A DNA stretch of 64,000 bases from Raillietiella orientalis. Lineage: Eukaryota. The notes beneath the pieces were generated by a model, which saw only the letters and a list, made by a program, of their open reading frames with translations, had not been told where the DNA came from and did not search any database. How positions within the stretch are numbered: the first letter of the stretch is position 1; every line of letters starts with the position of its first letter. A program made the position numbers and the translations under genes. The DNA lies in NCBI GenBank assembly GCA_036172245.1, contig JAYWIR010000002.1:5394001-5458000 (forward strand), in the 5' to 3' direction. Below, piece after piece: positions 13,570 to 26,100 of the stretch.

Positions 13570-13652
13570 CACCCTCCCCATTAGGGGAGTGTCCCTCAGG
13601 AGAGAATGAGGAAGGAGATTCCCTGCGGGGTTCCCCTTCGGAGACAACCAGG
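13570..13652 (+). repeat. 83-bp dispersed direct repeat, copy 2
   Basis: Matches 11918-12000. Confidence 0.9.
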
Positions 13653-15297
13653 AAGACCAGGTGCGCGGGGCTGCTCCCTGGCGGGTCTGGCGCCGGCAGC
13701 TGCAGCTACCTCCACACTCTCAGAACCGCTCGATCGACCGCTCCTTCCTCCCCCTTCCGGGCGGGCGAGCAGCTGGAGACTACCACCCGCACGGTCGCTC
13801 CGTCCCCCCATCCTGCGACCAGGGAACGCGCGGATGCTCCTCAGCAGCAACGTCCCAGACGAAAGCGTGGCCTCTGGAAATTCCCGGCACTTTCTGCGCG
13901 TGTTGATCGTCAGTTCTTCCCGTGCTCATGTCCACCCTGAGGGCTAGAGATGGCGGTCCTTGGAGACCTCCGCTTCGCGGTCTTTTCCTTCCGCCGCCAC
14001 CGCCTGGGGCATTTGCTGAGCCTCGGGTCACAACTCGTGGAGTTTACCAGAGGCGGTCCGAAATGCCCCTTGTCGTTCCCCCTTTGCGGCTTGGCGAGCC
14101 CCTGCGGCTCGCCGTCTCCACACGAAACGAGCGCGCTCAGGCACAGGATCCGTTGGAGGAAGAGCGCTACCGTGGCGACAACGCCTCTCCACCGGACCAG
14201 CTCGAGATCAGGACAGCAGCTGGAGCCTCCTCCACCTGCGGGCGTTCGATCCCGCCAGCCAGGAGCTCCACTCAGCATCATCGTTAGCCACGCAACTCTG
14301 ACCACCCGCGTCACCGCCCTCGGGATCCACAGCTCCTCCTCCTCCTCCTCCACTTTTGCAGCCAAAGAACTGGTCTGCGACCGCTCACGGATTTCTGCCG
14401 GGAGTCGTTGCCCCGGAGACGGCCGCCGCCGGTGGAAATGGAGCTTTGCGACGTCCGCTACGCGGACTCCTGTGACTTCCGGGAGCCTCCCACCCACCTC
14501 GTCGTCCGGCGCCCGTGGGGGCGCGGTGGCTGTTTCAGGAAACTTTCCCGCCTTTCGTCCCGATCCTGAATACTCGGGTGGGCTGGGAGCGAATCGCGGA
14601 AGAGGAAGTGCTGTCGAGCCGACGCGGAAGAGGGATCACGTTGCCACAACTGCTGCTGGAGGGGGCCACGGGCCTTCGGTGAGCTCTCACTCGCTGCTCT
14701 CTGGGAAGGAAGGGACATCGCTGAGCGGCGGGTGCAGGCGGTCGCGCTGGCGCTCTGCACGGCGGTTCACTCGGTGTCCCCTCCGCCACCTTCCTTCGCA
14801 GTCGAAGCTTCCAGAAAATCCCTCCAGGGGGAGAGCCGGGAAGAAAGCAAGGGGAATGCATCCAGGACTGCTTGCCTATAGGAAATGGAAGGGGATCCGC
14901 GATTCTGACCCGGGTCAGATGCCATTTCTTTGAAAGCGCGCGCCTCACTCACGTCACTCAGGCGTGCCCCCTCCCTGTAAGCTGATCGGGATGAAAATAG
15001 CGACGTCACTGGGATGCAAGAATGCCCGCTTGTCCTTCGTTATTCACAATCGGTTGCACTGTACATTGCAGCTGGTCATATACAAGGGTGATTTATCTGA
15101 GTGTGGCCAGAGGAGGGTCCTGTGGCACTGAAGGCATCCTGATAAAAGGGGTGACCACCGTCACCTCGGCAAAGAGTGAGTGGGTGGGGGCTCAAGGGGC
15201 TTCAGCGTTCCCCTTAAACAACTGTCCTTATTGCTGGAATCCGTCCTTGGCCGTTCGTGCTCCCAGGCCGTTTCTCTCGGACAGGGACTCCGGGAAC

Positions 15298-15900
15298 TTT
15301 ATTTAAAAATAGACTACAAATCAGGGTATAGTGTCTCCTGAGTACAAATACATAGCAACAGCAACAACAACAAAAAGTTCATTGGCGATGACCACTGTCA
15401 CGCAGACTAGCTTTTTAGGAAAGTCCGAAATGGGAGGGAAGTGACAAAAATAAATAAAAAAAAAAGAAAAGACGGGAAGGTAGAGGCAGTGGTCTTTGGT
15501 TTCAGTCTTCCTTTCTTCCTAGAAGTGGTTGTGTACGATGGCAATCTCCCTGGCAACTTCGTTTTGCAGGTGAGGCCACGTTGCAGCCGTTCTCATCAAG
15601 GTGGCCTCCCTTCTCTGAGAACGAGACTCCATCACGGAGGGGTCTGCGACGATGGCGCGCACTCTCAGGCGAGCGCCAAGCCTGGGTGAGTGCGCATTTC
15701 TTTCAGCAAGTTTCCGCGGCGCAGCATCGCAGGATTTCTCCTGTGACCAGCTTCCATCCCTGATGAAGCCCGACGCATCCCAGGGGCACGCGCTCTCTCT
15801 CCTGCGCCAGGGGTGCGGTCTTTGGCGTGGTGACCCCTATGCACCGGCAAGGCTGCCGATCCTCACCTAGTCTCTGGGATGAGGATGGAGCGGAAGGGGA
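15298..15900 (-). mobile_element. L1/Tx1-like 3' end (ORF2 C-terminus plus 3' UTR)
   Basis: Ends MRTAATWPHLQNEVAREIAIVHNHF* (stop at 15519-15521). It is followed by a T-rich UTR with motif GCTAGTCTGCGTGACAG and an AATAAA at 15298-15303. Confidence 0.55.
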
Positions 15901-16181
15901 TTCCTCCGCGGAGCCAAAGGCGCCCTTCGCGGTCGCGGAGAATGAGAGAGCTCTCAGCAGGGCAAGCGCGCGGACCTCCACTTCCTGCAAGGGCAAATCG
16001 CGGGACACGTGCGAGCTGGAGCGAACCCAGGCGCGCATCTGGAGAGGCGCGGAGGGGTCTGCGCGCTGGGCAACAGCCGGAGCAGATCTCGGGGGACCGC
16101 GCGCCCTCCCGGAAGCTTTCATAACTGCTGCGCTGCGCTATCCTGAAGAGGTGGCTGTTCCGCGGCTTCCTCGGCTCTCAG

Positions 16182-16248
16182 GCTTTTGATGCCTTGCTGC
16201 AGCACGAACCAAAGATGACACCGAGCGATAGGGAACGCTCTCTGAAAC
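16182..16248 (+). repeat. 67-bp direct repeat, copy 1 (copy 2 at 16989-17055)
   Basis: GCTTTTGATGCCTTGCTGCAGCACGAAC...GAACGCTCTCTGAAAC; 2 mismatches between copies. Confidence 0.95.
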
Positions 16249-16729
16249 AGGCGCTGCGGCCTGTTTCTGCCACGCCGACTCCCTCCGTCGTGGGCTCTCC
16301 TTTGGACGCATCTGCGCGCGCGCGAAGGAACGCAGCCTCCTCTCCGAGCCCTCTGCTGGCTGAGCTTTCCTCGGCGGCGCCGCCTCCCATCCCGGCTCGC
16401 TGAGAAGGCGAGGCGCAGAACCGCGCCCCGAAAACAGCTGAACGGAAACGCGCGGCAACGAGCAGCTATCGCGTCATGCCCAAGACCAGTTTGCTCCGGC
16501 TGCCCTTCCAAGCGGAAGGAGAGGGCGAAAGGGTGCGGAGGAATGCTCCTTTCTATGCTCAGAACGAAACCTCTCTCGGAAGCCTGGAAGAACGGTGGTC
16601 GCAACGTGCTTTTTCGTTCCCAACCGTCTTTTCTATTCGGTTCATCCCTTCCCTCCTCACCGCCCCCTCCGCTTGTTTGTATTTATCGTGAATTTCGAAG
16701 TTCCTCCTCATCCTGCTCCACGTTTAGTT

Positions 16730-17360
16730 CGGTTGCTGGCCGGAAGATGCCGCAGTGAACCTCGTTGAGAGCTCCACCAATCTTTCCAAGAGCCATGTTA
16801 AGCTCTGTTTCCAGACAGCGAGCGACCCTCCCTCGCGTTTTCAGCTGCCAGTCGTCCAGAGAGCAAAAAGGTTGCGAGGAGAACCTTCATTGTGCAGCGG
16901 CTGGGATGCAGGAAATCGATCTCCATCAAACACGTTGCTGTTCGAACGAGTGAGAAAGACAAGTGCACAGCAAGGCATCGAAAGCATTGCTTTTGATGCC
17001 TTGCTGCAGCACGAACTAAAGATGACACCGAGCGATAGGAAACGCTCTCTGAAACCTTTCTAAAAAAAAAAAAAAAAAGGGAGAGAGTGGGAGGGAGGGA
17101 GAGAGCAGACGAAACGCTGCAACACCGCTGGAGTAGCAGCGAATAAAGAAGGTTTTTTTTTATGCAAGTGAAATTCCAGCACAAGTGAGCGGGCGCAAGA
17201 AGACGGCCTACCACGAAACGAACCCCTGGGCCGAACACGCACCCACTGCTCTTTCTGGAAATCATTCCAAAAAACGTCTGAAGCAGTGTCGACAGCACAC
17301 CGAAAGTAGTCGCTGTCCGTTCGGAACGACATTTTGTTTAACTCTGTTTATCTAAGCGCC
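16730..17360 (+). mobile_element. Possible piggyBac-like transposase fossil
   Basis: Weak colinear remnants: CWPEDAAVNLVESS (W.D...V.llSt), MQEIDL (MggVDl), FDALLQH...SLKPF, and a degenerate Cys-rich tail (GNH..KQCRQH..C..FCL). Confidence 0.25.
16989..17055 (+). repeat. 67-bp direct repeat, copy 2
   Basis: Matches 16182-16248. Confidence 0.95.
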
Positions 17361-18072
17361 ACAAGAGCAATCTGCGGATCTCTCCCTTTTAGAAAAAAGG
17401 AAAAGAAGAAGAAGAAGAAGAAAAAAAAAAACCATTTTATACATGCGAAGAAGATATTAGTTGGAATCCTTTCCATGGCTGTCGCCTCAACGAGTTGCCA
17501 AGAAAGGGCCACCGAGAGCAGGCAGCTTTCAGGATGGTTGCTGCAGTCGGACTCACTCTCTCCACGGTAACATTCCGACTCGCAGTTTCGGCGTGCTTAC
17601 GAGTCGTTGCTCATTAAGAAACACACTTGCATGGAACGCGCACCAAATGGAAAGCATCCGGTCACCACACGGAGCAGTTTCTTATGTAGGAAAATCTGAG
17701 TACAAAATCGTGTGTGTACGAATCAGTCGCATACATTTGCATACTCTGCTCTAACCCATCTTATCTCTAGAGAGAGAGGCAGGCATTTTTTCCCGAGATA
17801 ATGTCTCCTCCCCTTTGGATGTACAAACACTTGTCACGTCTACCCTTAATCAAGGAAATCGGATGTCATTTATCTTTACATATGTTGATTCAAACGCGCA
17901 AACATCCTCTAATCAAATATTTAGTCATTGATAATTTAGCTCCTTGAAATTGGGTAACCACCAAAGCTATTGAGACATCTTATAATTACAAAGAACAACC
18001 ATGATGGCGGCACTGCAATTTGATCAGCGCTTCACCTCATCTTGGATTGGGAAAAGGTTGAGAACTTCTCCA

Positions 18073-18971
18073 TCAGAGCAAAAGAAAAGCAAGCGAGAGA
18101 ACAGTGCCCCGGCAACAGCGGAAGCTTGCGAGAGGGGTGGTGTTGCTAAGAGCGTCGCCGTTCCGAGCGTCCCTGGATTCAACGACACGACAGTAAATCA
18201 GATTTTGCCCATCTCTGGCGACCGAGTGGAACGTGACTGGGAGAAGTTTCGTCGGCGAAGAGGATCCGGGCGGGCTTAGTCCGGGCTTGCGAGCAAACAG
18301 CATGATCAGGGAGGACGCGAGGCGACTGCGGTGGGAAACTCCAAGCCCGCCTCCCCCCGAATTCTTTGCCTCTGCCATGCTGGACGACATGTGCCTCCCA
18401 CAGACGCTGCTGCCGGACGGACTCGGGCGCCGCTGAAGTTGCCGCCGCATGCCTTCGGACCAGTCCCCGGGAGAGTCCTTCGCGTCCAGGCGTTCCTTGC
18501 CGAAGGCAGCGGCTTCCGGAAGGTTGCCGAACGTCCGTCTGAGGGATGGGGACAGACCGTGGTTCCTCAGGGGGTCACCGAAACTTGCCCAAGAGCCGCC
18601 ACCTTCGTCTCCTGAAGGAGATGCAGAGGGCGCTCCCGTCCTGGGATTTCGAGCGAGGGGAAGCGAAGTTCCGAGGCGGGAGGTGCAGGGGTGGGCGGAA
18701 GCAAGAGGGGGAGACGAGTTTTCATGGAGGCAGAGGGAGAAAACCTCATCGGGAAAAACGTCCGAAATCCCCGAAATCCCCCTTGGTGACGGGAGTCGTA
18801 TCGTTTCCTCCTCCCGTGCGGCTGTTGCTGTCGCAGCAGCGGCGGAGGAGGAGGAGGAATGAGACGAAGAAGAGGGAGAATGAGAAGACGGAGAGTCTTC
18901 CTCGGCGTCATCGTTGCCCAGGGTGACTGACAATCCGGAGTCGCGCAGACTCTTCGGCTTGCCTGGTTTCG
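18073..18971 (-). CDS. Putative long terminal exon of an unidentified host gene (Ser/Pro-rich, disordered)
   Basis: Acceptor CTTTCTACAG, then 298 sense codons and a stop: KPGKPKSLRDSGLSVTLG...KLLPVTFHSVARDGQNLIYCRVVE...*. No LINE motifs. Upstream exons were not identified. Confidence 0.4.
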
Positions 18972-21098
18972 CTGTAGAAAGGTGTCTCGGTGTTCAAAGG
19001 TCTAGAAGAGGTTGCGGCGAAAAGGAAGACCTCTCGCGGAATGCCCAAGGGCATTTCCTGGCACCAAGACAACGTCCCTACATGGGAACAACGCAGAACA
19101 CGTGAAACAAAAGAGGGAGGAGGGGGGGGAATCCTGGAACGGGAGAATCTGCACTCTGGGGGTTCCCGGTTGCCCTGGATCCCCTACCATTTCCCGGTGC
19201 GCGGGATCGCAAGCTGTCGAGATGCAACCAAAGCGCGGTCACTGCCGGGTCTCCAGCAATGTTCAGCAGGCACAAAAAGTTCGCTCGAAGGCACTCCGTT
19301 GCGAGCCCTGACTGCTTGCCGCGTGCCTTGGCTGACCAACTGCTGAGCGAAAGGGGGAAGCAACAGGAAAGAACGCTTGACTTTACGAACTTTTGGACAC
19401 TCCTGGATGCCCATCTGGACTTCCGGCATCTTTTGTGCCCGCGGACACCTGATGCAGAGCGAGGCCGCCGCTACTGTGACCCGCGTGCCAGGTCCTTTTC
19501 TTCGCCGGTGTCTCCGCCGCACCCCTTGGGGGTGGCCTTGTGGAATTTTCGTCGACTTGGGCTGCCATGCCCCGTGAGAAAGACCGCGTCCCGTGGGGAA
19601 CTGGGACGGGAACAGGGGGGAGGATCTGCTCCAACCCATCCGGGAATAGGAGATGCTTCCGCGTTCCTTTGGACTTCTGGAGAGGGGGAAGACGGCAGTG
19701 TGTGTGTGTGACCCGAGGGGACCTTCGCTCGAAGAGGCGCGGCGCATGCTCCCTAGCGGGTCCAGGGAAAGTTTCTTCGCGCACTGCGCCCTCGCTAGCA
19801 CGCCATCGCTTTTGCAGGGTATCCTCTCCCTCCTCTTGACGTGATCCTCCGCAGCAGAGATGCCTCCGGCATGCAGCAACATCAAGGAAGAGCAGCCAGG
19901 CACCTGCGGCTGGAGAAGGTGCCCCGTACGGCCTCGCGGGGGAGTCCTCTCCTTTCACCCTTCGAGGACTCCCCCGCGGTGTCCGAGAGCCCTCGGCGCG
20001 TCCCGTCTCGTGGGCCGACGATGATCCCGCAGCCTGAGCGCCCCTCCGGACATGCGCGCGAGGACGGACCGCCCGGGACGAGCTCCGCAGCAAGCGCGCC
20101 ACCCGCCCAAAGTCCGTCGCTCTGCAGTCGGCTCTCTGGAAAGGTGATTCCAGGTGCCCCGGTATCTCCACACTCGGTTTTCCCACTGTCCAGGGGAAAG
20201 TGCGACCTCGCCCCGGGGGGATCTCGAGGGGCAGGTTCTTTCCGTCACGCCCTCTCCCACGCTCCTCTTCCCACTCTTCGGTAGAGGCGCTTTCCGCGGG
20301 CAGGGACGCGTGGAAACCCCGGTCACTCGCTACCCAGCAAGGGAAAAGCGGCTGAGTGATCTCCCGAGTGGAGCCCGAGGCTACGTTCCGAGGAATTTGC
20401 CTGATCCTGCCTCACCTTCGGGCCGGCGCGCCCACCCGATCAAACGCGCAACCGCTTTGTTAGCCGACCGCAGTTCCCGCCCGAATTTCCTTCCATGCCT
20501 CCAGTAGGCGCGCACGAGGAAGGACGGCGGCAGGAAGGGCCGGCATCATCCCCATCACAGGAATGGGGCAAATGAGGCAGCCTCCTGGTCCCTCCAGGAA
20601 CAAGATCACCGAAACCTCCATCGAGCAGGTCGGAGGAGACTGCGATTCCCGGAGGGCAAGAAGGCCCCTGTCTCTGCGATCAACGGAGGGGTTGACCCCG
20701 TGGGGAGGCCTCAGCTGTGGTGAATCTTTCAGAGCGGAATGCAGGGGCCGCGAGAGAGGCAAACGTAAACGTGGACAAGCGAAGGACCAGGACGTGGCAT
20801 GCCGACGTGAACGAGGCAGCGCCCTCGGCCCGCTCGGACCGGACGCTGCGGGTACTCGGCCGCGGGTGCAGCGCTCCTTGTCGATGGCGCCCCCACCCAC
20901 CCCACCGCTTAAAGGCCCTTTGTCTCGGGAAAACTACTCCTTGCCCCAGGGCGGTTGGCGCCTGAGCCCAATAGGGAAGCGGCAGTCTCCTCCTTCGTGA
21001 CCTCCAAGTTGGTGCCCCTCTCCCTTGCCGGAAGAGAGAGGGTCGCAAGAGCCCTTCTGGCGCGGGGACCGGCGGCTGCGGGCCAAGAGGACGGCCGC

Positions 21099-21189
21099 TG
21101 CAGGGTGCACGGAAGGTGGGATCCTCCAGCCCGGCGGAACCCGGAGACCTGCCGCGTGCTGTCACCTGAGGAGGAGGGACGGAGTTAGC
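21099..21189 (+). repeat. ~90-bp dispersed direct repeat, copy 1 (copy 2 at 24392-24481)
   Basis: TGCAGGGTGCACGGAAGGTGGGATCCTCC...CACCTGAGGAGGAGG.ACGGAGTTAGC is shared by both copies. Confidence 0.9.
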
Positions 21190-22310
21190 TGGGCGCGCTG
21201 CCGAATCCGCACCCACCAGAGGGTAGCTGCCCTCCTCCTCCCCTTGCTGTTTGTTTTCCCACCGCCATACAGCGTTAGGAAGCGAACAAAGGACCTCCTC
21301 CGGATCGCCCTCTGGGGCAAAGAGAGGTCCCCAGTCCGCCTAAAGGACTTGTGTGCTCCGCGCCGCGATGGCGGCCTAGGCCATCTGGCTCTGGAGCGAA
21401 TAAAGCTGCAGCTCCAGTTTCGCACCCGTGCCCTCGTGGCAACCCTATGGAGCAGCACCTGGTGCCAACCTGCACGTCTTCTCGTCCAGCAAGTCACCGG
21501 CAGCATGAGGCTCGCGTCTTTCCTTGCGCGCCGTCCATGCAGCCTCATCCACGGCGGACTGCACCTGCGCCAGGTGGCCACCCTGGCGAGGAAAAATGGA
21601 TGGATTTCGTGCCGGCCCGCTAACGGTAGTGCCTGGTTGCAGAAAACCGCCCGCACGTGGGCACGGATCCAGGAGCCAAGCGCGGAACGTTTCCTGTATG
21701 CGCGTAACAATTGCTCGCTCCGGGAGATCCTGGAAGATCCTGCGAAAGGTTCATGGGCAAACAGAACCCCCTCGCCGCTGCGCTGCTCTCCGGCCCCTTT
21801 GAAGACGCTTGGCCACGACCCTTGGAACCTCCGGCGGCAACTTCAGAGACGTAGTAAAGAACCTCTTCCTGCACGACGCCCTCTCGCCGGCCTCATCCCT
21901 AGCAGCACTGTGCTGCCTACACGGGATCGTGGCCGCATGGAACAACGACAGAGGCCAGAACGACAGGGACGCCATCCACGCTGTCCTCTCTACATGAGGA
22001 CAGCGTCAAGATGACCCCATCTGGGAACCATAAAACAGGAACTTGCCGGCATCCTTACAAGGATTCAGCGGGCGCCCTCCAACATACAGTGATCCCTTCC
22101 CGAACCCCCCCCCCCCTTCATCTTTTTTGCCTGCAGTTTTTTGGTTTGTTTTCCTCTTTTTGTTTGTCTTACCTTCTCTTGTGCTGCCGAGACGCACCCT
22201 GCTGGCCTGCGTGACAGATCCCGGCAGTCTCCTTTTCGTATTCATAAGTAACGTGGCAGGATCAAACGTCCTGCCACAGACATGTAGGTTTAGAAATAAA
22301 CGCCCCAGCG
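21190..22310 (+). mobile_element. L1/Tx1-like ORF2 C-terminal fossil with 3' UTR
   Basis: LFVFPPP...LLRIALWGKERSPVRLKDLCAPRRDGGLG is the classic L1-clade 'lc.P...GGLG' motif. It is followed by RDVVKNLFLHDALSPASSLAALCCLHGIVAAW, a T-rich UTR, a 9-bp stem-loop at 22253-22277 and AATAAA at 22295-22300. Confidence 0.7.
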
Positions 22311-22739
22311 TGACCAGGTGTCAACCAGAGGGCGGCTCCTTGGTGCAGGAGCCAGGGGCCGCCTATCCGGCCTGCTTTGGCGCCGCGCCGTTCCCTGCTA
22401 AGCACAAGAAGACTCCTTCCTTATCCGAAGACGAGGAGAGGCCCCGGTTGACGTGGCTCCGGAGGTTGCGACGGCGGCAGTCAGCGCCCCTAGCGGCAGG
22501 CAGGAGAGCTGGCGTCTCCGTCCCAGGCACAGGCGAGGCGGTTCGCAGCTGCCAGGGGGAAGGAAGGAGGGAAGTAAGGAGGAGACCTCCTTGAGCCGAA
22601 AAAGAAGTATCAGGGAGGCGGACATACGGCATTTCCCAGCCGGAAGATGTGGGAGGTAAACATCCCGGTCCGCCCGAGCAGAGAACGGGTCGGTCGCTTT
22701 CCGGCAAGGGGAAAATTCTTGCCAGAAGGGTCGTGCGAG

Positions 22740-22786
22740 CGTGTCCATAGGAGCATCGCCCGCGAAAGGATGCTCCTATGGACACG
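22740..22786. repeat. Perfect 18-bp inverted repeat with 11-nt loop
   Basis: CGTGTCCATAGGAGCATC-gcccgcgaaag-GATGCTCCTATGGACACG. Confidence 0.95.
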
Positions 22787-24391
22787 GGATCGAGAAGGTT
22801 CCTGCACGAGCCAGGTGCCAGCATCGGGGCGACAGCGGACGCGCACGGAAGTTTTTTTTTTCCCTCCCGCATAGCCTAGCAGCCAAAAGAGGGGGGAAGG
22901 GGACGAAAGCGAAGCTGGTAAGGGAACACGAGCGTCCCCCGCAAGAGGTTTGCTATGAGTCTCTCCCCTTCTGGCTGCGGTGCGGGGTGCGTTCCCCCCT
23001 CCGCGCGCCTCTTCGGCCGGCCATCCCGGAGCCGTGGACCGCGCGTGGCCGCAGCTGGGCACACGGTCTCAGGAAGCGACGCAGTGACGAGTAAAAGGAG
23101 GGGGACGGGGAGACTTTCCGCAGCTCCTGCCCTCTATCCGGCTGGCTCTTCCCGCCTTCTGTTCCCTCCTTCCTTGTCTTTTCGTGTCCGACCGAGGCTC
23201 TCGGGAACCACGTCGATCCGCTTCATCCCCTCGTCCGTTCGTTTATTTATTCCCTTATTTATTGGACCTCCTTTCTCTCCCTTCCACTCCTGGGTGGTTC
23301 TGCGGCCCTCTGTAGGGTTTGTCGCCCCGACCCCTCCCATTTGGGGCCGGCCAGTTTTCGCCCTCCTCCACCGGCATGAATTTCATTGACTGGATTGAAA
23401 TAGCAGGACCGTAAGCGCAAGGTGGGAAGGTCACCTGACCACGTGAGCAGGAAGCGTCCGGTTCCCCGCGAAAATGCACGAGGAAGCCAAGCCGACTACC
23501 TACAGTTCGGCACCAGGAAAGCGAATAGAAGAAACGAAGAAGGGAGGCTGGTTTACGGAAACCGTCCCGATTCTTCCTTGCAACCTGGCTGTGGTGCGGG
23601 TGGCGTCCTCCTTGACTGTTGATGGGGGGGGGGGGGGGGGCGAGACCGCCCCCTCCCTCATCACGGAGGTGCGCGGTCCTTCTCCTGCAAGCCTGCCCCC
23701 GCGCGGGAAGTCGGCGGACGCAGGGGACTACCGAAGGGCAGCTCCTGGACACGGCGAGGGATGGACCGTTGCCGCCGCCAGAGGCGGGTAGTGCAGGGGC
23801 GGTTGCCCCGCCCCTGGGAGCAGTTCGGCGGCGCCTCCCATCCGTGCCGTGTTGATTGTGCCAGTCTCCCGGGAACCCCCCGACCCCTACACTGAAGAGC
23901 GACAAGTCTTCGAAGCTTCCGAAGTGTTCCTTTTTCAGATGAGTCCCCCGACTCGGGGATGTTTTGGCCCAGCTCGCTGCCTTCCCGTTCCTCAAAGAGG
24001 AGAAAGAGAATTTCCTTCCGCGAGATGATGTCACCGCCTTCGTTTCGTCTCGCGCTACGTCTTTAGTAGGGGCGTCCGCCTTTTGAGTTTTTGGCCAGCG
24101 TCTTTCGTCTCTTTCAGAACGCGACAATGCGTTCAGGACGGGGTGCGCCCGCGCTTCCTGACGCCCATCTACTCCTGGGTCGACCCTTTCGGGACTTGGA
24201 CGACTGTCGTTGGACTTTCCTGCTGTCTTCGCTAGACGCATCCTGTGAGCAATCGCGGCCCTCGCCTTCATGGAACCCCGCCGTTCCCTTCAGACAACTC
24301 TGCCGGGACTTCCATCCCTGTGCTCTTCTGCAGTCCCGCCACCGGCGCCGCCTGATCCAGGCCACGTTGGATGGGACGAGAGCATGGTCCA

Positions 24392-24481
24392 TGCAGGGTG
24401 CACGGAAGGTGGGATCCTCCGGCCTGGCGGAACCCTACGATCGCCGCATACTGCCACCTGAGGAGGAGGCACGGAGTTAGC
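24392..24481 (+). repeat. ~90-bp dispersed direct repeat, copy 2
   Basis: Matches 21099-21189. Confidence 0.9.
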
Positions 24482-24899
24482 GCACGTTTGGGACGTGGAG
24501 CGTCATCCCCCTCACTAGGGACTCGCCTCGAACGTTCCCTGTACGTCGCTCAATCCTCGAGTCACTTGGGACTCTCCCGTCGACAAGAGTGTCCGGTGGC
24601 AGGTTGATTGCCCCTCCGGGCTGTCGCTCCAGATGCTCTCACGTTCGTGTTCCCGGGAGGGCTGGCAGACGCGGCCAGAGGTATCATCGTTCCTGTTTTG
24701 CTGAAGGATATGTTCCCGTACATCCTTCTTTGCCATCCTGGACCAAGCGTTGCTCTTTCTGACTCTTTCCATACCCATCGGACCTCCAGGGTAAATCTCC
24801 CGTGTCGGAACACCAGCATCCCGAGCAGCAGTCACTGCCTCTGGCAGCTCGCTGCTGCTCGGATGGTCAGTCTGGGCCTTTGGCGCATCTGCTACTACG

Positions 24900-25447
24900 T
24901 CTCCCGTGGGACTGGAAGCAGCAAAGAATTGCCAAAGCCGCTTCCTCCTTCCGCAGACGCCTCTTCCGCCTTCGGTCCTCTCTTCAGCTTCACCAAAGAC
25001 CAGGCGATGGTAGCGACGACTCGGGTGGACAACGCCACCCCTGCAATGTCAAGCGAAACCGCTGCCACTCCGGGCAGATCGACAACCAGGACCGCGCCAG
25101 CCGCCGTTTCGGGACGAGCTTCGGGAGGACTAATTTCCGAACCCAGCGTCCATCCCGGACGGTTCCTGCGCCTAATGCTGAGACTGCGGCGTCCTCCAGG
25201 GACCCTGGTGGAGGTCTGCCTTCGGCGCTCCCGCATCCGGAAGACACAGATTATGACCTGCTGCGGCGCTTCTTCGCGCGCAGTGGACTTTCTCCGCAGT
25301 GGTTTCACACTGAGGTGCACCGGGGCGTTTATTCCTCCTGCAGGAATCGATGGAGCTAAGAGGCTCACCGATTCCAATTATTGCATTAGGAAAAAAAGAG
25401 GGGGATCCGGCGAGGTCCATCACGTACACGCATGGAAAGGGGGATGA
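24900..25447 (+). mobile_element. L1/Tx1-like ORF2 3' fragment
   Basis: SALPHPEDTDYDLLRRFFARSGLS aligns with the minus-strand copies at 25.6-25.9 kb and 26.6-26.8 kb. Confidence 0.5.
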
Positions 25448-25449
25448 AA

Positions 25450-26100
25450 CAAAATTCCAACAAGAAGAAAACAAACTATAACAAACAATGAAGATTAACA
25501 ACAACAACAAAAACAAAAAATAATAATAATAATTGGGGGGAAGGGAAGGGATCGCGTTTCATGATGGATGAGGCCTCTGCATCCGTTGAAGGATGCCGGT
25601 GAGCTCCTCCTCCTCCCTTTTCAGGTAAGGCCACCAGGAAGCTATCTGCTGAAAGCGGATGGCATGCAGGAAAGCGCCCCCGTCTCTTCGGCCTCTCTCG
25701 GCGTCGCAATTTGCCGCGACACTGCGCACGCAGCACAGCGCTCCGATTGCGCTGCGGCCGTCATGGCGTCCCGCACGAAGAGGGGCCTCAAAAAGTCTCT
25801 GGGATCGTCCACGGGGTGCGGAAGCGACGCGGAGAAACGTTCCCACTGTTCCCGGAGGGCGACACACTGCACTATGAGGTGGAGGAAAGTCTCCTTCTCT
25901 CCATACCTGGCACAGTTCGGCGATGCGCTTCCCCTCGTCCAGTGGTGCCGGAGCGCATTGCACGGAAGACCCCAGTGCAGTATCAGCAGCGCCGATTGAG
26001 GGGAAGCAGCTTTCTATCCATAAATACGGGGGGTACTTCCAACTCTTCGGGCTTCTCCTCAGTGGTCGCAGCGTCGGGCTGCATCCGCGCCATCTTGGTG
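25450..26100 (-). mobile_element. L1/Tx1-like ORF2 3' end with zf-RVT
   Basis: PNCARYGEKETFLHLIVQCVALREQWERF is a C-x2-(C)-x7-H-x4-C zf-RVT finger. It ends ASWWPYLKREEEELTGIL and is followed by a T-rich UTR. Confidence 0.65.

Noticed and set aside
11918..13652. LTR pair (also considered for 33958/38179)
   Set aside because: The repeats are only ~80 bp and lack TG..CA ends, PBS/PPT and TSDs. The internal sequence is LINE-like.
23624..23640. Long G/C homopolymers (also 51638-51655)
   Set aside because: Simple runs whose length is error-prone in assemblies; no further evidence of function.
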